In this document: positions 1 to 8,367 of the stretch, one piece after another
Numbering within the stretch: position 1 is the first letter of the stretch
Layout: each line of letters begins with the position of its first letter
DNA from: a virus
Virus record (IMG/VR): IMGVR_UViG_3300036851_000411
Span: 18,134-82,133 of that record
Length of the DNA: 64,000 nucleotides
Strand: one strand, 5' to 3'
Made by a program: the position numbers and the translations under genes
The notes under the pieces: model-generated
The model's database searches: none
The model's input: only the letters and a program-made list of their open reading frames with translations
Told to the model about the DNA's origin: nothing

Positions 1-792
1 AAGCGATGGCGCGATCGCTCGCAGCGCTGGCGCGCGCCGGGCGACGTGTTCGACCCGCGTCGCTTCGCGGTCGATGGGATCGCCGACGACACCCGGCCGA
101 AGGAATTCGTCGAGCAGCATCACTACGCGGCGAGTTATCCGGCGGCCGTCTTTCGCGTCGGGCTGTTCGGTCCGCGGGCCGCGCTCGTCGGCGTCGCGGT
201 ATTCAGCGTCCCGCCACAGCAGGCCGCGCTCCCGAAGTGGACCGGCGTCACGTTAGGCGAGGGCGCGGCGGAGCTCGGCCGCTTCGTGCTCCTCGACGAC
301 GTGGGCTACAACGCCGAGACGTGGTTCCTCTCGCGCGCGTTTCGCCTCCTCCGAACGCACAAGCACTATCGACGCATCCTCTCCTACGCGGATCCGCTCG
401 AGCGCCCGGAGATCGCGAAGCCCGCGCACTGGGGAACGGTCTATCAGGCGGCGAACGCAACGTTTGCGGGTCGATCGGAAGCCCGGTGGCAACACATTGC
501 GCCGACAGGCGAGGTCGTCAGCCGGCGGATGCTCAACAAGATCCGCCAGGGCCATCAGGGATGGCAGTATGGAGTCGACTGGCTGAGAGAGCGCGGCGCG
601 CCAGTGCAGGGAACTGCCGAGCCGTCCCGTGGATGGGTCGATCGGGTGCTCTCAGCGTGGCGACGTGTGTACCACCCCGGCAACCTCGCCTATGTGTTCG
701 GGCTCGACGATCGCGCGAAGTCGGCGCTCCGGACGCTCCACGCTGGTGGGTTACCCTACGTGCGCCCTGCGGCGGCTTGTGTGCAATGGTAG
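1..792 (+). CDS. Mom-family adenine-modification (GNAT-like) protein, 5' truncated
   Basis: Motifs FVEQHHY, ELGRFVLLD, ETWFLSR, SYADP, HWGTVYQAANATFAG; frame is open back to base 1. Confidence 0.75.
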   Translation, partial: KRWRDRSQRWRAPGDVFDPRRFAVDGIADDTRPKEFVEQHHYAASYPAAVFRVGLFGPRAALVGVAVFSVPPQQAALPKWTGVTLGEGAAELGRFVLLDDVGYNAETWFLSRAFRLLRTHKHYRRILSYADPLERPEIAKPAHWGTVYQAANATFAGRSEARWQHIAPTGEVVSRRMLNKIRQGHQGWQYGVDWLRERGAPVQGTAEPSRGWVDRVLSAWRRVYHPGNLAYVFGLDDRAKSALRTLHAGGLPYVRPAAACVQW

Positions 793-836
793 CATATGGT
801 ATTATTCGTGTGTCGTCAGCCAGTGAGTGTTATCAT

Positions 837-1043
837 ATGCGCCAGTCATCGACTGTGCCCCTCAGCGCCGAACAAGTGAACGCGATCCTCGCGCGCGCTG
901 CCGGCGATATCGATGTTTGCGAGAACCCGCCGGGGCGGAATACGTCCGCGGTGCTCGCGGTGTTTGGCTTTGCTGCGCATCGGAGCGTCGACCAGGCAGC
1001 CGACGCCGAGGCGATGCTCGACGCGCTGGAGAGCGACAGGTGA
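837..1043 (+). CDS. hypothetical protein
   Basis: ATG after AT-rich spacer; overlaps the next gene's start. Confidence 0.5.
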   Translation: MRQSSTVPLSAEQVNAILARAAGDIDVCENPPGRNTSAVLAVFGFAAHRSVDQAADAEAMLDALESDR

Positions 1044-1267
1044 GAATCGAGCCGATGGAGTGCGCTGGCGGGTCCGCCGTCGTCGTGCATGCCGCCGACG
1101 GCGAGCCAGCGCTCCTCATCGCCGAGCGCGATGGATTGCTCATGTGGATGGAGGTGCGGCGCGGCTATCGTCGGAGCGCCCACAGTCGACGCGCGGGGCT
1201 CGCGAGCGCGGCGGCGAAACGGAACCGCGCCAACCCCGACGCTGTGGCGACCTTGCCAACCCCATGA
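1040..1267 (+). CDS. hypothetical protein
   Basis: GTGA and ATGA overlaps with both neighbours. Confidence 0.45.
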   Translation: MRIEPMECAGGSAVVVHAADGEPALLIAERDGLLMWMEVRRGYRRSAHSRRAGLASAAAKRNRANPDAVATLPTP

Positions 1268-1737
1268 CACCGCGTAGAATGCCCGCGGTGCCCCGCAAGC
1301 CACTCGGCCCCAAGCCCAAGTTCCCGAAGCAGAACCTCGGTGCGCGCGACGCGCAGATCAGCGTGCGACGTGCGAACCTTCACGAGCCACTGCTCGCCCG
1401 CGAGCGCACGGGGCTCAAGCCGGTCGACATCATCCGGCGCGACCTCCTCCGCTTCTGGACGGCGGCCGACGACAGCGCCTCCCGGCTCGCCCTCTCACGC
1501 GAGGATCTCGAGAAGATCGGCAAGGCGATTGCGGGGGTGGCGTTCGACGATCCGAAGCACGCGCGCATGCTGCCGGCGTTCGTGGCGGCGGAGCTCGGCG
1601 ACGATGACCCAATCGTCGATCGACTCAAGGGCGCGGGAAGCGGGGCATGGCCGCTCGCGGTCCTGTACGGCGTGATCGATGCAGCCGATCGCGCGTGGAA
1701 CAATGGCATGGCGAGAGATGAGAAGGGCGATGCCTGA
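1264..1737 (+). CDS. hypothetical protein (possible DNA-binding)
   Basis: ATGA-coupled start, typical high-GC codon usage. Confidence 0.6.
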   Translation: MTPRRMPAVPRKPLGPKPKFPKQNLGARDAQISVRRANLHEPLLARERTGLKPVDIIRRDLLRFWTAADDSASRLALSREDLEKIGKAIAGVAFDDPKHARMLPAFVAAELGDDDPIVDRLKGAGSGAWPLAVLYGVIDAADRAWNNGMARDEKGDA

Positions 1738-2062
1738 CGATCGCGATGAAGAGCGCCGTCACCTCCGGCTCGAAAAGTCTGACGCCCGCGACGAGACCGA
1801 GCCGCGTCCAATTCGCGAACGGCCGCCGATCGTGACCATTGATCCGGCGACACTGCGCGGGTACTCGGAGATGCGTGCGATCGGGCTCAGGGTCACGCAG
1901 GCCGCGGAGCCCGGCGGTGGTCACGGTTGGGTCGGATGGGTCGCAACGTGCGATGCATTTCCGGGTCTGGAAGGTCTCGGTGATATGCCGGACTACGCAA
2001 TCGGCTCGCTCCTCTCCAAAGTGATCGATCGGTACCACGCGCTGGAGAATGAGCGTGGCTGA
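1730..2062 (+). CDS. HicB-like fold protein
   Basis: WVATCDAFPGLEGLGDMPDYAI resembles the HicB N-terminal motif. Confidence 0.45.
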   Translation: MPDDRDEERRHLRLEKSDARDETEPRPIRERPPIVTIDPATLRGYSEMRAIGLRVTQAAEPGGGHGWVGWVATCDAFPGLEGLGDMPDYAIGSLLSKVIDRYHALENERG

Positions 2063-2408
2063 GACCGTGGTGCCCAACGACCAACCGAGCCGCGATCTCG
2101 ACTTCGCCGTCGCTCGCGCGATGGGCATCGAGCTGCAGCAGCTGCCGGGCGAAAGCGAGCCGAGTGTCGTCGAGCGAACGGTCGCGGGTGCGGTGCGTTC
2201 GCTGGCGCGTGTTCGCGGCTACTCCGGAGACGAGCGCTATCTCGGGGATCTCCTGCGGTTCCTGGTGAACAAGGGATGGACGTTCTCGTTCGGTCGCGAG
2301 CTCGACGGATGGCACGCGGCCATCCCGCTCGTTCAGGTCCGGATGCGCGGCGATTCGCTATCGGTGCTGCTCTGCGCCGTGATCGTCGCCGTGACCGAAG
2401 CGCGATGA
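2049..2408 (+). CDS. hypothetical phage protein
   Basis: Coupled ORF, RDLDFAVARAMG motif. Confidence 0.55.
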   Translation: MSVAETVVPNDQPSRDLDFAVARAMGIELQQLPGESEPSVVERTVAGAVRSLARVRGYSGDERYLGDLLRFLVNKGWTFSFGRELDGWHAAIPLVQVRMRGDSLSVLLCAVIVAVTEAR

Positions 2409-2653
2409 CGATGGCCCCGCGGCTCTCGCCCGAGATGCACGCTCGGATCATCGCCGAATTGCGACGGCGGCTCCAGAGCGCGATCGAGCGAGCGGCGCGC
2501 GAGGGGTGCGACACGCCGGTGATCCACATGAGCGCCGAGCGGCGATGTGGCGCGGTGGGCGTCGACGAGGAAGGGCATTGCCTGCGGTGCGGCCTCGTGC
2601 CTCCCGAAGAGGACACCGAGACCGAGTGCCCACCGGGCTTCTTCGACAGTTAG
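2405..2653 (+). CDS. small Cys-rich hypothetical protein
   Basis: ATGA-coupled; CxxC. Confidence 0.5.
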   Translation: MTMAPRLSPEMHARIIAELRRRLQSAIERAAREGCDTPVIHMSAERRCGAVGVDEEGHCLRCGLVPPEEDTETECPPGFFDS

Positions 2654-2823
2654 AAGGCTGTGCGGCAACGCTCAGACGGCTGTGCGGCGACGGAACGGCA
2701 GCGCCACGAGTCAGAGCCGGCATGTACGGGCAATGCCAAGCCGTACAAGGCGTTACGCGAGGTGTGGTGTCACACGCTCGTACACTGTTGCAACACGTGT
2801 TGCACACAATGTTGCACAAAGTG

Positions 2824-2872
2824 ATGTGAAACATATTTCACATGCATGCAACACCGTGTATAATCAACGGTG
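2824..2872 (+). promoter_or_regulatory. Palindrome ATGTGAAA-CATA-TTTCACAT plus TATAAT inside the inverted repeat CACCGT..ACGGTG; putative plus-strand promoter
   Basis: TTCACA(2837)-16 bp-TATAAT(2859). Confidence 0.5.
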
Positions 2873-2905
2873 GGTGGCGGCCGAATCATTCAGTCGTCAC
2901 TCGGA

Positions 2906-3000
2906 AGGAGCGTGGGGGATTCGAACCCTCGGCCCGGTGCGCTAACACCGGACGCCTCATTGATAGTGAGGTGCTTTCAGCCAGACTCAGCCAACGCTCC
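2906..3000 (-). tRNA. tRNA with Ser-type body and anticodon ATC (reads Asp GAU)
   Basis: Acceptor GGAGCGT/ACGCTCC; D arm GCT..AGC; anticodon stem CCTCA/TGAGG with loop CTATCAA; long variable arm; T loop TTCGAAT; no encoded CCA. Confidence 0.85.
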
Positions 3001-3110
3001 GCCTTCAGGAACTCGGGCCGGTCGAGGGATCACTCCTTCGGCCGGTTCGTGCATCTACCACCGTCGCTCACGAACATTTGAAGGGCTGGGCGACAGGTGG
3101 CGGCACAAGC

Positions 3111-3139
3111 ATGCTAATACATAGTGTGGATCTTCGCAA
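3111..3139 (-). promoter_or_regulatory. Putative sigma70 promoter for the tRNA
   Basis: TTGCGA-17 bp-TAGCAT on the minus strand, about 110 bp upstream of the tRNA. Confidence 0.5.
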
Positions 3140-3359
3140 AGCGTACAAATGAACGGGTGACAAACCTAACCGTCATGAATGCAACGTGTTACAACCCATT
3201 CACCGGCCGGCGCTAGAAGTCGTTGTCACGCGTTGGGTTGTTTCATCTCGCCACCCCAGTATAGGTGCCGCCGCAAGCGCGCGGTATTGACGCTAGCGTC
3301 AGATAGATAGACTACTGGTGCGACGACGAGCCGCTTCTCTGAAGAAGTGGGCTTAGGCG

Positions 3360-3368
3360 TTATCCACA
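3360..3368 (+). promoter_or_regulatory. DnaA box
   Basis: Perfect TTATCCACA. Confidence 0.6.
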
Positions 3369-3369
3369 T

Positions 3370-3385
3370 TGTTTCACGTGAAACG
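3370..3385. promoter_or_regulatory. parS site
   Basis: TGTTTCACGTGAAACG, 15/16 match to consensus TGTTTCACGTGAAACA. Confidence 0.75.
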
Positions 3386-3427
3386 TTCATAACTCCACGC
3401 TGGAGACCCGGCGGATCTATTGCGGAT

Positions 3428-3444
3428 TATGCTTTAATCACATA
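3428..3444. promoter_or_regulatory. 17-bp palindromic operator, copy 1
   Basis: TATGCTTTAATCACATA within TTGCGG-17-TAATCT. Confidence 0.65.
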
Positions 3445-3588
3445 ATCTGAGCGCGCACCTGGCGACCGCCACGGTGCGCGCGCTGCGTTCGGGCACCTCG
3501 CCGAGGCAGTGCGCTCCGGACACGACGCCCCCGGCTCCCACGAGTGCGGGGGCGTCGATGGCCTCTACTCGGTCTGGTGGAGCGGCGC

Positions 3589-4275
3589 GTGCCACGGCGA
3601 CATCCTGCACCTCGTCCTATCCGACGAAGCCAGCGAGCGAAGCGCACGGCGCTCGATGCGATACGACGCAGGCCTGCCGTTCCGCTGGAGCTCTGCGAGG
3701 CGGGTGGGAGTGAGTTTGCCCCGGCGCTCGATGTGGCCACGTGGCTCCGCGACACGTTCGTCACCGAAGGCTCGCCGCTCTACAACGAGGACCACAAGCA
3801 CCTCGCCTTCGCGGCGATCGGCGTGCTGTGGACCAACGTTGCGAACTCAGGGCAGCAGCGCACGGTGCTCGCGACCGCGGAGATGCCGACGCCCAAGGGT
3901 GCGCGGTGGACGATCGCGCGCGCCAAGTATCAGCTGGCGCAATGGTTCGGCGACGTGCCGGACTTCGTCATCACGCTGTCGGCGCCGCTCCTCTCGGACG
4001 TGGATGACGCAACGTTCTGTGCGGTCCTCGAGCACGAGCTCTATCACTGCAGCCAGGCGCGGAATGAGTTCGGCGCGCCGAAGTGGCATCTCGATGGCTC
4101 GCCGGTCTTCGGGATCCGTGGTCACGATGTCGAGGAGTTCGTGTCGATCGTCGCGCGCTACGGTGCTGGAGCGACGCGGGTCGGTGCCCTCGTCCAGGCC
4201 GCCCAGCAACGACCGCTCGTCCAGGCGGCATCGATCGTTGGTGCCTGCGGGACGTGCATCGCGAGGGCCGCATGA
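3589..4275 (+). CDS. Putative phage metallopeptidase
   Basis: HELYH zinc motif, HDVEEF, PDFVITL; GGAG before GTG. Confidence 0.85.
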   Translation: MPRRHPAPRPIRRSQRAKRTALDAIRRRPAVPLELCEAGGSEFAPALDVATWLRDTFVTEGSPLYNEDHKHLAFAAIGVLWTNVANSGQQRTVLATAEMPTPKGARWTIARAKYQLAQWFGDVPDFVITLSAPLLSDVDDATFCAVLEHELYHCSQARNEFGAPKWHLDGSPVFGIRGHDVEEFVSIVARYGAGATRVGALVQAAQQRPLVQAASIVGACGTCIARAA

Positions 4276-4409
4276 GGCGTCGGTCACCCGAGGAGTCGCT
4301 CGACCGGGCCTTGAAGTGGTTGATCGCCGCGTTGGTGGTCAACGCTGTCGCAGCGGTCGTTAAAGCGGTGATCGCGGTGGGCGTCCTGTTCGGCTGGTGG
4401 GGCCGATGA
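4272..4409 (+). CDS. small membrane protein
   Basis: Hydrophobic stretch, ATGA overlap. Confidence 0.45.
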   Translation: MRRRSPEESLDRALKWLIAALVVNAVAAVVKAVIAVGVLFGWWGR

Positions 4410-4476
4410 GGCCCTGCCGTGCTGGCATCTCCACGCTGCCGCTGCGGCGTGACCTGGGCGCGACGGGCCGCGGCTG

Positions 4477-5034
4477 ATGGCGACACTCGTGGACGAAGTC
4501 AAAGCCTTCATCGTGCAGCGACTTGCGTGTTGGGATAGCCCGAAGCAGGTCGCCGCGGCCGTCACCGAAGAATTCCGCATCAAGATGGACCGGCGTCAGG
4601 TCGAGAAGTACGACGCCACTCGGGCGGGGAAGAAGCCGGCGAAGAAGTGGGTCGCACTGTTCACGGCGACTCGCAACCGATTCGAGGACACGATCGACGA
4701 GATCCCCGCGGCGAAGAAGGCGGTCCGCGTTCGCCGGCTCGATCGCATGGCGCTCAAGGCGGAAGAGTCGGGGAACTTCCCGCTCGCGAAGGAGCTCCTC
4801 GAGACGGTCGCGAAGGAGGTTGGCGGGGCGTTCACCAACCGGCGCGAGCTGACGGGCGCTGGTGGCGGACCAATTCAGGCGAAGGTCGATGGCGTGTTGT
4901 CGGCCGAGGAGATGGCGGCGCGGCTTCGCACGCTGCTCGATCGCACGACCGCGGTGGTGCACTCGGCGCCGGCCGTGGTCGCGCCACCCATCGCCCAACC
5001 TCCATCGATTCCTCCAGCGGCGGTGTCGCCATGA
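4477..5034 (+). CDS. DUF2280-family protein (probable terminase small subunit)
   Basis: VKAFIVQRLACWDSP..VAAAVTEEF..QVEKYD; AKEVGGAFTN; ELTGAGGGPIQ. Confidence 0.8.
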   Translation: MATLVDEVKAFIVQRLACWDSPKQVAAAVTEEFRIKMDRRQVEKYDATRAGKKPAKKWVALFTATRNRFEDTIDEIPAAKKAVRVRRLDRMALKAEESGNFPLAKELLETVAKEVGGAFTNRRELTGAGGGPIQAKVDGVLSAEEMAARLRTLLDRTTAVVHSAPAVVAPPIAQPPSIPPAAVSP

Positions 5035-5040
5035 CCCGCG

Positions 5041-5688
5041 ATGCGAGGCGTTGACGTATGCGCACTTCGCTGCGAAGGGCCGATCGCCGGCCGGTTCGCC
5101 GGCTTCGACTGGTGTGCTGCTCACCTCGACCGCGTCCGCGCCATCGCGGCCGACGCTGGAGTTATTGAGATGCCGGAGATCCGCGTGCCCATCGAGCGCG
5201 TGTACCAGATGAAGCCGTGCGAGAAGTGCGAGCGGCTCTTTCAGCCGAGTGGGCCGCGGTCGACCGAGTGTAAGCGCGAGAACTGCGCGTCGGCTACTGC
5301 AGCCCTGCACGCGGCGATCGAGCGCAACACGAGCAGCAACGGCGAGACGCCAACCATCACGGAGGATCTGCCGGATGCGCCCAAGCCAAAACGGAAGCGA
5401 CCCGCGGCAAAGGCGAAGGCTGCGCGATCGGTGAGGCGACCGGTGAAACGGTCGGTGAAGCGAACGAAGGTTGTCGTTAGGCCGCGCCGCGCTAAGCCGT
5501 CGATCGGTCTGACGAGCGTGGGCCCCGTGCTCGGTCTCATCGAGCAGTTCGGGCTGGACTACTATCTCGGCACGGCGGTGTGTCGCGTCCTCGAGAGGGA
5601 TGACGGCGACGAGATCGAGAACCTCATGGACGCGCGGTTCTACCTCGACCGCGCGATCGAGCTGCGCCAAGCGGAAGCGAACGCGTGA
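5041..5688 (+). CDS. Cys-rich protein with DUF3310-like C-terminus
   Basis: GLDYYLGTAV..ENLMDARFYLDRAI. Confidence 0.55.
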   Translation: MRGVDVCALRCEGPIAGRFAGFDWCAAHLDRVRAIAADAGVIEMPEIRVPIERVYQMKPCEKCERLFQPSGPRSTECKRENCASATAALHAAIERNTSSNGETPTITEDLPDAPKPKRKRPAAKAKAARSVRRPVKRSVKRTKVVVRPRRAKPSIGLTSVGPVLGLIEQFGLDYYLGTAVCRVLERDDGDEIENLMDARFYLDRAIELRQAEANA

Positions 5689-5885
5689 AGCCATCCATCG
5701 GCACCGCGGGGGATCACCCGCCCGGCTCACACGCGGCGAAGCGGCAGGGATGCACGTGCCCGATGCCGGAGAACCAATACGGGCACGGGACGCGGCCGAC
5801 GTACCTGTCACGGCCAGAGCAGGCGGTGTTCGTCGTCGCGCCCGACTGCCCGATCACCGCGCATCAGGAACTGGCGACCCGATGA
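5685..5885 (+). CDS. small Cys-containing phage protein
   Basis: PGSHAAKRQGCTCP..DCPI; coupled on both sides. Confidence 0.6.
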   Translation: MKPSIGTAGDHPPGSHAAKRQGCTCPMPENQYGHGTRPTYLSRPEQAVFVVAPDCPITAHQELATR

Positions 5886-6442
5886 GCGTCGATCCCAACG
5901 ACCACATGGGCCTCCTCTACTGGGAAGCGGCGCAGATGGCGCGCACCTACGGGCGGCCAGTGTCGGAGCTCGTGGGCTCGGGCTATCTCGGCCTCGCGCG
6001 CGCGGCGCGGCGGTTCGATCCGTCGTTAGGCCTCGCGTTCGCGACGTTCGCCGTCCCGCACATCCGCGGCGCGATCCTCGACGGGCTTCGTGCTGAGCAG
6101 CCGAGAGGGAAGCGCTACGGCCGTCGTGCGCACATCTCCCTCGAGTCGCTCCTGACGTTGCCGCCGGCCGCGATGCCTCCGCGCCTCGCCGACGCACTGA
6201 CGACGAACCCCGACTATGGGGCAGCGGTGGACCGTGAGCGGCGCGCCTCACGCGTGCGCCGCGCCGTCGACGCGCTCAAGCCCCGACCACGCGCAGCGAT
6301 CCATGCGCATTTCTGGGGCGATGGGCCGTCGGCGCTCGCGGCGCGCTGGGGATGCACGATCGCCAACATCTCACACATGAAGCGCCGGGCGCTTGCGCGC
6401 CTCGCCCGCATGCTGGCGCCGCTCGCGCCGGAGGGTGCCTAA
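5882..6442 (+). CDS. sigma-70 family (FliA/WhiG-like) sigma factor
   Basis: Region 2: GYLGLARAARRFDPSLGLAFATFAVPHIRGAILDGLR; region-4-like C-terminus. Confidence 0.85.
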   Translation: MSVDPNDHMGLLYWEAAQMARTYGRPVSELVGSGYLGLARAARRFDPSLGLAFATFAVPHIRGAILDGLRAEQPRGKRYGRRAHISLESLLTLPPAAMPPRLADALTTNPDYGAAVDRERRASRVRRAVDALKPRPRAAIHAHFWGDGPSALAARWGCTIANISHMKRRALARLARMLAPLAPEGA

Positions 6443-6445
6443 ACC

Positions 6446-6847
6446 ATGCACGACAGCATGCACGACGCTGACGACCGTTTTACGAAACCGTTCGGGCACG
6501 TGCCGCTGCCCCTGCGCTCGCCCGATCAGGCGCGCACGGTCGTGATCCGCAACCTTGGAGGCACGCCGCTCGCCCCGCTCCAGAGCATCGCGATCGACGG
6601 GCGGGAGCTTCACGGTGTGCACGACGTGCGGGTCCACATCACGCACGATCGTCGGCCCCGCGTCGAGCTCCGCACGTGGTGGGCGATCGACATGGACGCG
6701 CTCGTCGGCCTCGGTGTCGTCGCCGTGCACGAGGAGGGCGAGACGTACCGGAGGGGCCGCATCCGGTGGGTGACCGCGTTCGCGTGGGGCACGTTCGTTG
6801 GTTCGATGGCGATGTGGACGGTGCTCAGCCTAACGGGGCGGCTGTGA
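6446..6847 (+). CDS. hypothetical protein with C-terminal TM helix
   Basis: ORF in operon. Confidence 0.55.
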   Translation: MHDSMHDADDRFTKPFGHVPLPLRSPDQARTVVIRNLGGTPLAPLQSIAIDGRELHGVHDVRVHITHDRRPRVELRTWWAIDMDALVGLGVVAVHEEGETYRRGRIRWVTAFAWGTFVGSMAMWTVLSLTGRL

Positions 6848-7290
6848 TCAACCACGACGAAGCGAGCGAGCCGGTCGGGCCCGCGGTCGCAATCAACCCA
6901 GGCGATCTCTTCGAAGCGCTGACGCCGATTCCGCGCTACGGCTGGATCGGCGTCGACCTCGATGGGACGCTGGCCAAGCACCCTCGCGGTCCGTTCGAAC
7001 CGACGGAGATCGGGGCCCCGATTCCTCGCATGGTCGAGCGCGTGCAGCTCGCGATCACGCGCGGGTACACCGTGAAGATTGTCACCGCGCGCATGTGCGA
7101 ACAGGACGACGACACCCGGCGCGCGGTACAACAGGCGATCGGCGACTGGACGGGCGAGCACATCGGGCAGCGCCTCATCGCCGTGTTCTACAAAGACTAT
7201 TCGATGTTGGAGCTGTGGGACGATCGCGCGGTGCAGGTGATCTGCGACACGGGCGAGTTCGTCGGACAATCGGCGTTAGGTATCGACTGA
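6844..7290 (+). CDS. HAD-superfamily phosphatase (polynucleotide kinase-phosphatase-like)
   Basis: WIGVDLDGTLA, IVTAR, LWDDRAVQV. Confidence 0.8.
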   Translation: MINHDEASEPVGPAVAINPGDLFEALTPIPRYGWIGVDLDGTLAKHPRGPFEPTEIGAPIPRMVERVQLAITRGYTVKIVTARMCEQDDDTRRAVQQAIGDWTGEHIGQRLIAVFYKDYSMLELWDDRAVQVICDTGEFVGQSALGID

Positions 7291-7303
7291 TGAGGGGGGC
7301 GCA

Positions 7304-7798
7304 ATGAGCGAGACGAACGCGGCAGCGGTCAATCTGCCAAAGTGGATCCCGACACAGGTAGCCACCGCCTGCGCCGATGGGATGGTGGCCGAACCCTCCA
7401 TCGTGCACGAGTGGTGTCCTGGCCTCGCCGTCACGATGCATGACTTCGGAATCTTTCGCGTCACACACATCGCGTCAGGCATGGCGCTGGGCGGCCGATA
7501 CGAGCGCGTTGGGAGTGCGTGTCGCGAGCTCGCTGAATGGGCGGCGGTGGGACGGGCGATCGGAATGGCGTTCGCGCTGGCCGATGCCGTGGTGGTGCGC
7601 GACACCTTGATGGCCCACCTCGACGATGCGGTCCCGTTCCCCGGAGCGACCACGACCGAGAAGGGTGTCACGCGCCCGTCGACCGTCCGTGAGTGGTACC
7701 AGCTCATCCGGACATCGGACTTGGTCGATGAATTTCCATGGGAGTCTGAGTCGCCTATGGATCGGTGCGACGAGTTGCTCAAGACGCTCGCCCCGTGA
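7304..7798 (+). CDS. hypothetical protein
   Basis: RBS GAGGGG, operonic. Confidence 0.6.
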   Translation: MSETNAAAVNLPKWIPTQVATACADGMVAEPSIVHEWCPGLAVTMHDFGIFRVTHIASGMALGGRYERVGSACRELAEWAAVGRAIGMAFALADAVVVRDTLMAHLDDAVPFPGATTTEKGVTRPSTVREWYQLIRTSDLVDEFPWESESPMDRCDELLKTLAP

Positions 7799-7995
7799 CG
7801 ATCGCCGACAAGCTCGCGACCATACCGCTTCTGAGAGGCGAGGGGAGGCGTAGACGCGTTGACCGCCTTCGCGGCGAGGCCACGCTCGCATCTCTGGATT
7901 ACACCGTGCACGTCATGCGGGAGCGAAAGAAGTGGCTGTTCGCGTGGGCCACCTCACGACGCGCGTTCCCGCGGCTGCACGAGCGCCGCCGATGA
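7795..7995 (+). CDS. hypothetical protein
   Basis: GTGA-coupled. Confidence 0.4.
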   Translation: MTIADKLATIPLLRGEGRRRRVDRLRGEATLASLDYTVHVMRERKKWLFAWATSRRAFPRLHERRR

Positions 7996-8037
7996 AACCG
8001 TGTCCGCAGTGACGCAAAGCTCGCGAGCTCGCGAAGC

Positions 8038-8355
8038 ATGAAAAAGCGGCCACCCGTTAGGCGGCTGATGACCGATGAGGAGCGGCGGATGGCGCTGGCC
8101 ATCGCGCCGCCGCACGTCACGTACGTCCCGGGCATCGGCACGAAGCGCTTCGCGCGCGAGATCGCGCAGGAAGCCGAGCGCGCGGACGCGGAGATCACCG
8201 AGGGGCAGGCGAGCTACCTGCGCGAGGTGGTCGTACGGTTCCGACGCCAGATACCACGCGAGGTCGTCACACTCGCGCTTGACGGCCGTGTCGTGCCCCT
8301 CTATGCCGACCACGGCGCGTCGAACGCCGACGTGCCGCGCGACCGCCGCGCCTAA
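8038..8355 (+). CDS. hypothetical protein
   Basis: ORF just before terL. Confidence 0.6.
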   Translation: MKKRPPVRRLMTDEERRMALAIAPPHVTYVPGIGTKRFAREIAQEAERADAEITEGQASYLREVVVRFRRQIPREVVTLALDGRVVPLYADHGASNADVPRDRRA

Positions 8356-8367
8356 CGGCGCCGCCCC

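Noticed and set aside
2906-3000. tRNA-Sec, tRNA-Pyl/amber suppressor or allo-tRNA reading (CTA and TCA both occur in the loop)
   Set aside because: A perfect 5-bp stem and 7-nt loop fix the anticodon as ATC; the acceptor/T stems are 7/5, not 8/5, 8/4 or 9/3
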